Position numbers and translations under genes: made by a program. Under the pieces are notes generated by a model. It had not been told where the DNA came from. It was given only the letters and a program-made list of their open reading frames with translations, and ran no database searches. Below, piece after piece: positions 34,961 to 36,421 of a DNA stretch of 36,421 nt. The stretch is from Octopus bimaculoides. Its lineage: Eukaryota. Position 1 is the stretch's first letter. Each line of letters begins with the position of its first letter. The stretch is from positions 34,695,484 to 34,731,904 of the forward strand of contig NC_069002.1 of NCBI RefSeq assembly GCF_001194135.2, given 5' to 3'.

Positions 34961-35800
34961 TGGATAAGAAACGCACTACTTAGCACCGTGCATGGGTTTG
35001 TTTCCCGAATGCTTTAAGAGGACAGCAGTGTCAACATGAAGAGCTGCCTCTATTGGATTTGTGACCGTTGCACTACATCACACTACAAATGCTTTGAATT
35101 TGCAATCGAAGAACAGAAGATTGCTACAATATATCTAGCAAACACAAGAGAGAGTGAAGCCCGTGGAGCACCACCCACCAAGATGGTATCAACATCGTAG
35201 ATTGTTATATTTCCGTGGAAAACATGAGACCACATGGTGAATATTTGCTCTGATATGTCATCAAAGTGATACATCTCTAAGTAACACAATGTTGTCACTT
35301 GAAAATTTATACGGTGCTTTTCATAAAAAGACTGTCCTGGAATAAATATACAGTAACACAATGTTTATTATATACATAATAAACATCAACACAAGGAATA
35401 TTGATAGAAAATTCCTATTGAAACGTCTGTCAAGCGTAAATACAACATTGCAGATGTTCTTGTTTACGTTGGAAGAGGAACAGTATGTACTGTGATAGAC
35501 GTCAGCTGCCTGCTGATGTGAATATCTCTTCAAAGATGAAAAGGGGAAATGGTTAACAAGTGCTTTGAAAACTACAGCTTCTATATCGGAATTTTACATT
35601 CAGATCTATATGGAAAATAATTGGTTTTGTGTAAACGTACTTAATTGACAACCTTGATAATCTAGGGTTTTCAGAAATCAACCAGCTAATCTGCACATTA
35701 CGAATACAATCTGTAAGAGGAACAGGATAAATATGTAGGACATTTCTCAAGTTGCAAATGTGAATTTGTTTTTCTTATCTCCATTCTTAGAATGGAGCTC
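34961..35800 (+). pseudogene. Decayed 3' end of a third REL-type non-LTR retrotransposon family (zinc knuckle, REL domain, 3'UTR)
   Basis: VHGFVSRML* (34988); YWICDRCTTSHYKCFEFAIEEQKIATIYL; C..SVENM/HMVNICSDMSSK*Y (35203-35272); *HNVV; KDCP; KEY**KIPIETSVKRKYNIADVLVY (35393; cf. KEYWW..PI.T..K..HN.PD); VIDVSC(P)ADVNISSK (35492); LIDNLDNLGFSEINQLICTLRIQSVRGTG*ICRTFLKLQM* (35641-35763). Confidence 0.82.
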
Positions 35801-36370
35801 CGTCTTGACAGGAATGTTTTAGCAAATTAAAAATTGTTTAGGATACATATATACATACATAAATACACACATACATGCATATATACTTAGATACGTCTGT
35901 AGATATACACATACATACGTACATACATATTCATACAGAGAAACATATTCCATCGATGCTCTCAAAATTCAAATGAAAGTGCCGAGTATATGTATAACAC
36001 CACCTGATACATATTTACCGAAACACCAAGATGTCGCAGAAAGTACCATGTGGTAAATATTTTATAGTTATCATTAGGTATAACAGTCTTTCTTTTATGT
36101 TCTGCCATTTGTTAAAACCTCATTCATATGGGAGTATGTTGAATAATTAAATAAATCCTTTAGATTAATCAAACTATACTGATATTTATGACACCTAATC
36201 TGTATATAAAATAACTGGGATGCATTTGATTTTGTCTAATGTATGTATTACCGTATTATATTATTTGAAGACAATGCTCAGAACATGCCTAAAGTGTGTC
36301 CATCTATTTGGCAATAAATAGGCCAGGAAATATACTCCAGGCGATTACCAAAATTGGGTTCAGGTTTCTC

Positions 36371-36372
<2 letters not shown>

Positions 36373-36421
<49 letters not shown>
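36373..36421. repeat. (TA)n microsatellite
   Basis: Direct reading. Confidence 0.95.

Overview
AT-rich eukaryotic genomic DNA, probably octopus (inferred from my recognition of the SINE and MITE families, not from a search). About 4.6 kb is N, in 12 assembly gaps, nearly all next to microsatellites. I found no intact protein-coding gene, rRNA, tRNA or CRISPR array. Most ORFs in the track are artefacts of microsatellites or N-runs. The window is a retroelement graveyard containing: (i) at least 11 copies or fragments of tRNA-derived SINEs, including a SINE-SINE heterodimer bounded by one perfect 17-bp target-site duplication; (ii) three relics of restriction-like-endonuclease (REL) non-LTR retrotransposons, apparently from three families; one is an uninterrupted 5'-truncated R4/Dong-like copy inside a (TAA)n tract, directly behind an older decayed relative; (iii) two Penelope-like repeat fragments, one with a complete minimal type I hammerhead ribozyme core and one with a decayed variant core; (iv) a TTAA/piggyBac-type MITE and a separate 36-bp-arm inverted repeat; (v) an ETS-motif-rich candidate promoter near 13.1 kb, with a 4x23-bp array of ATGCAAAT octamer sites about 370 bp downstream. 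Host-gene exons are only weak candidates. All family assignments rest on manual motif reading and need confirmation by alignment.
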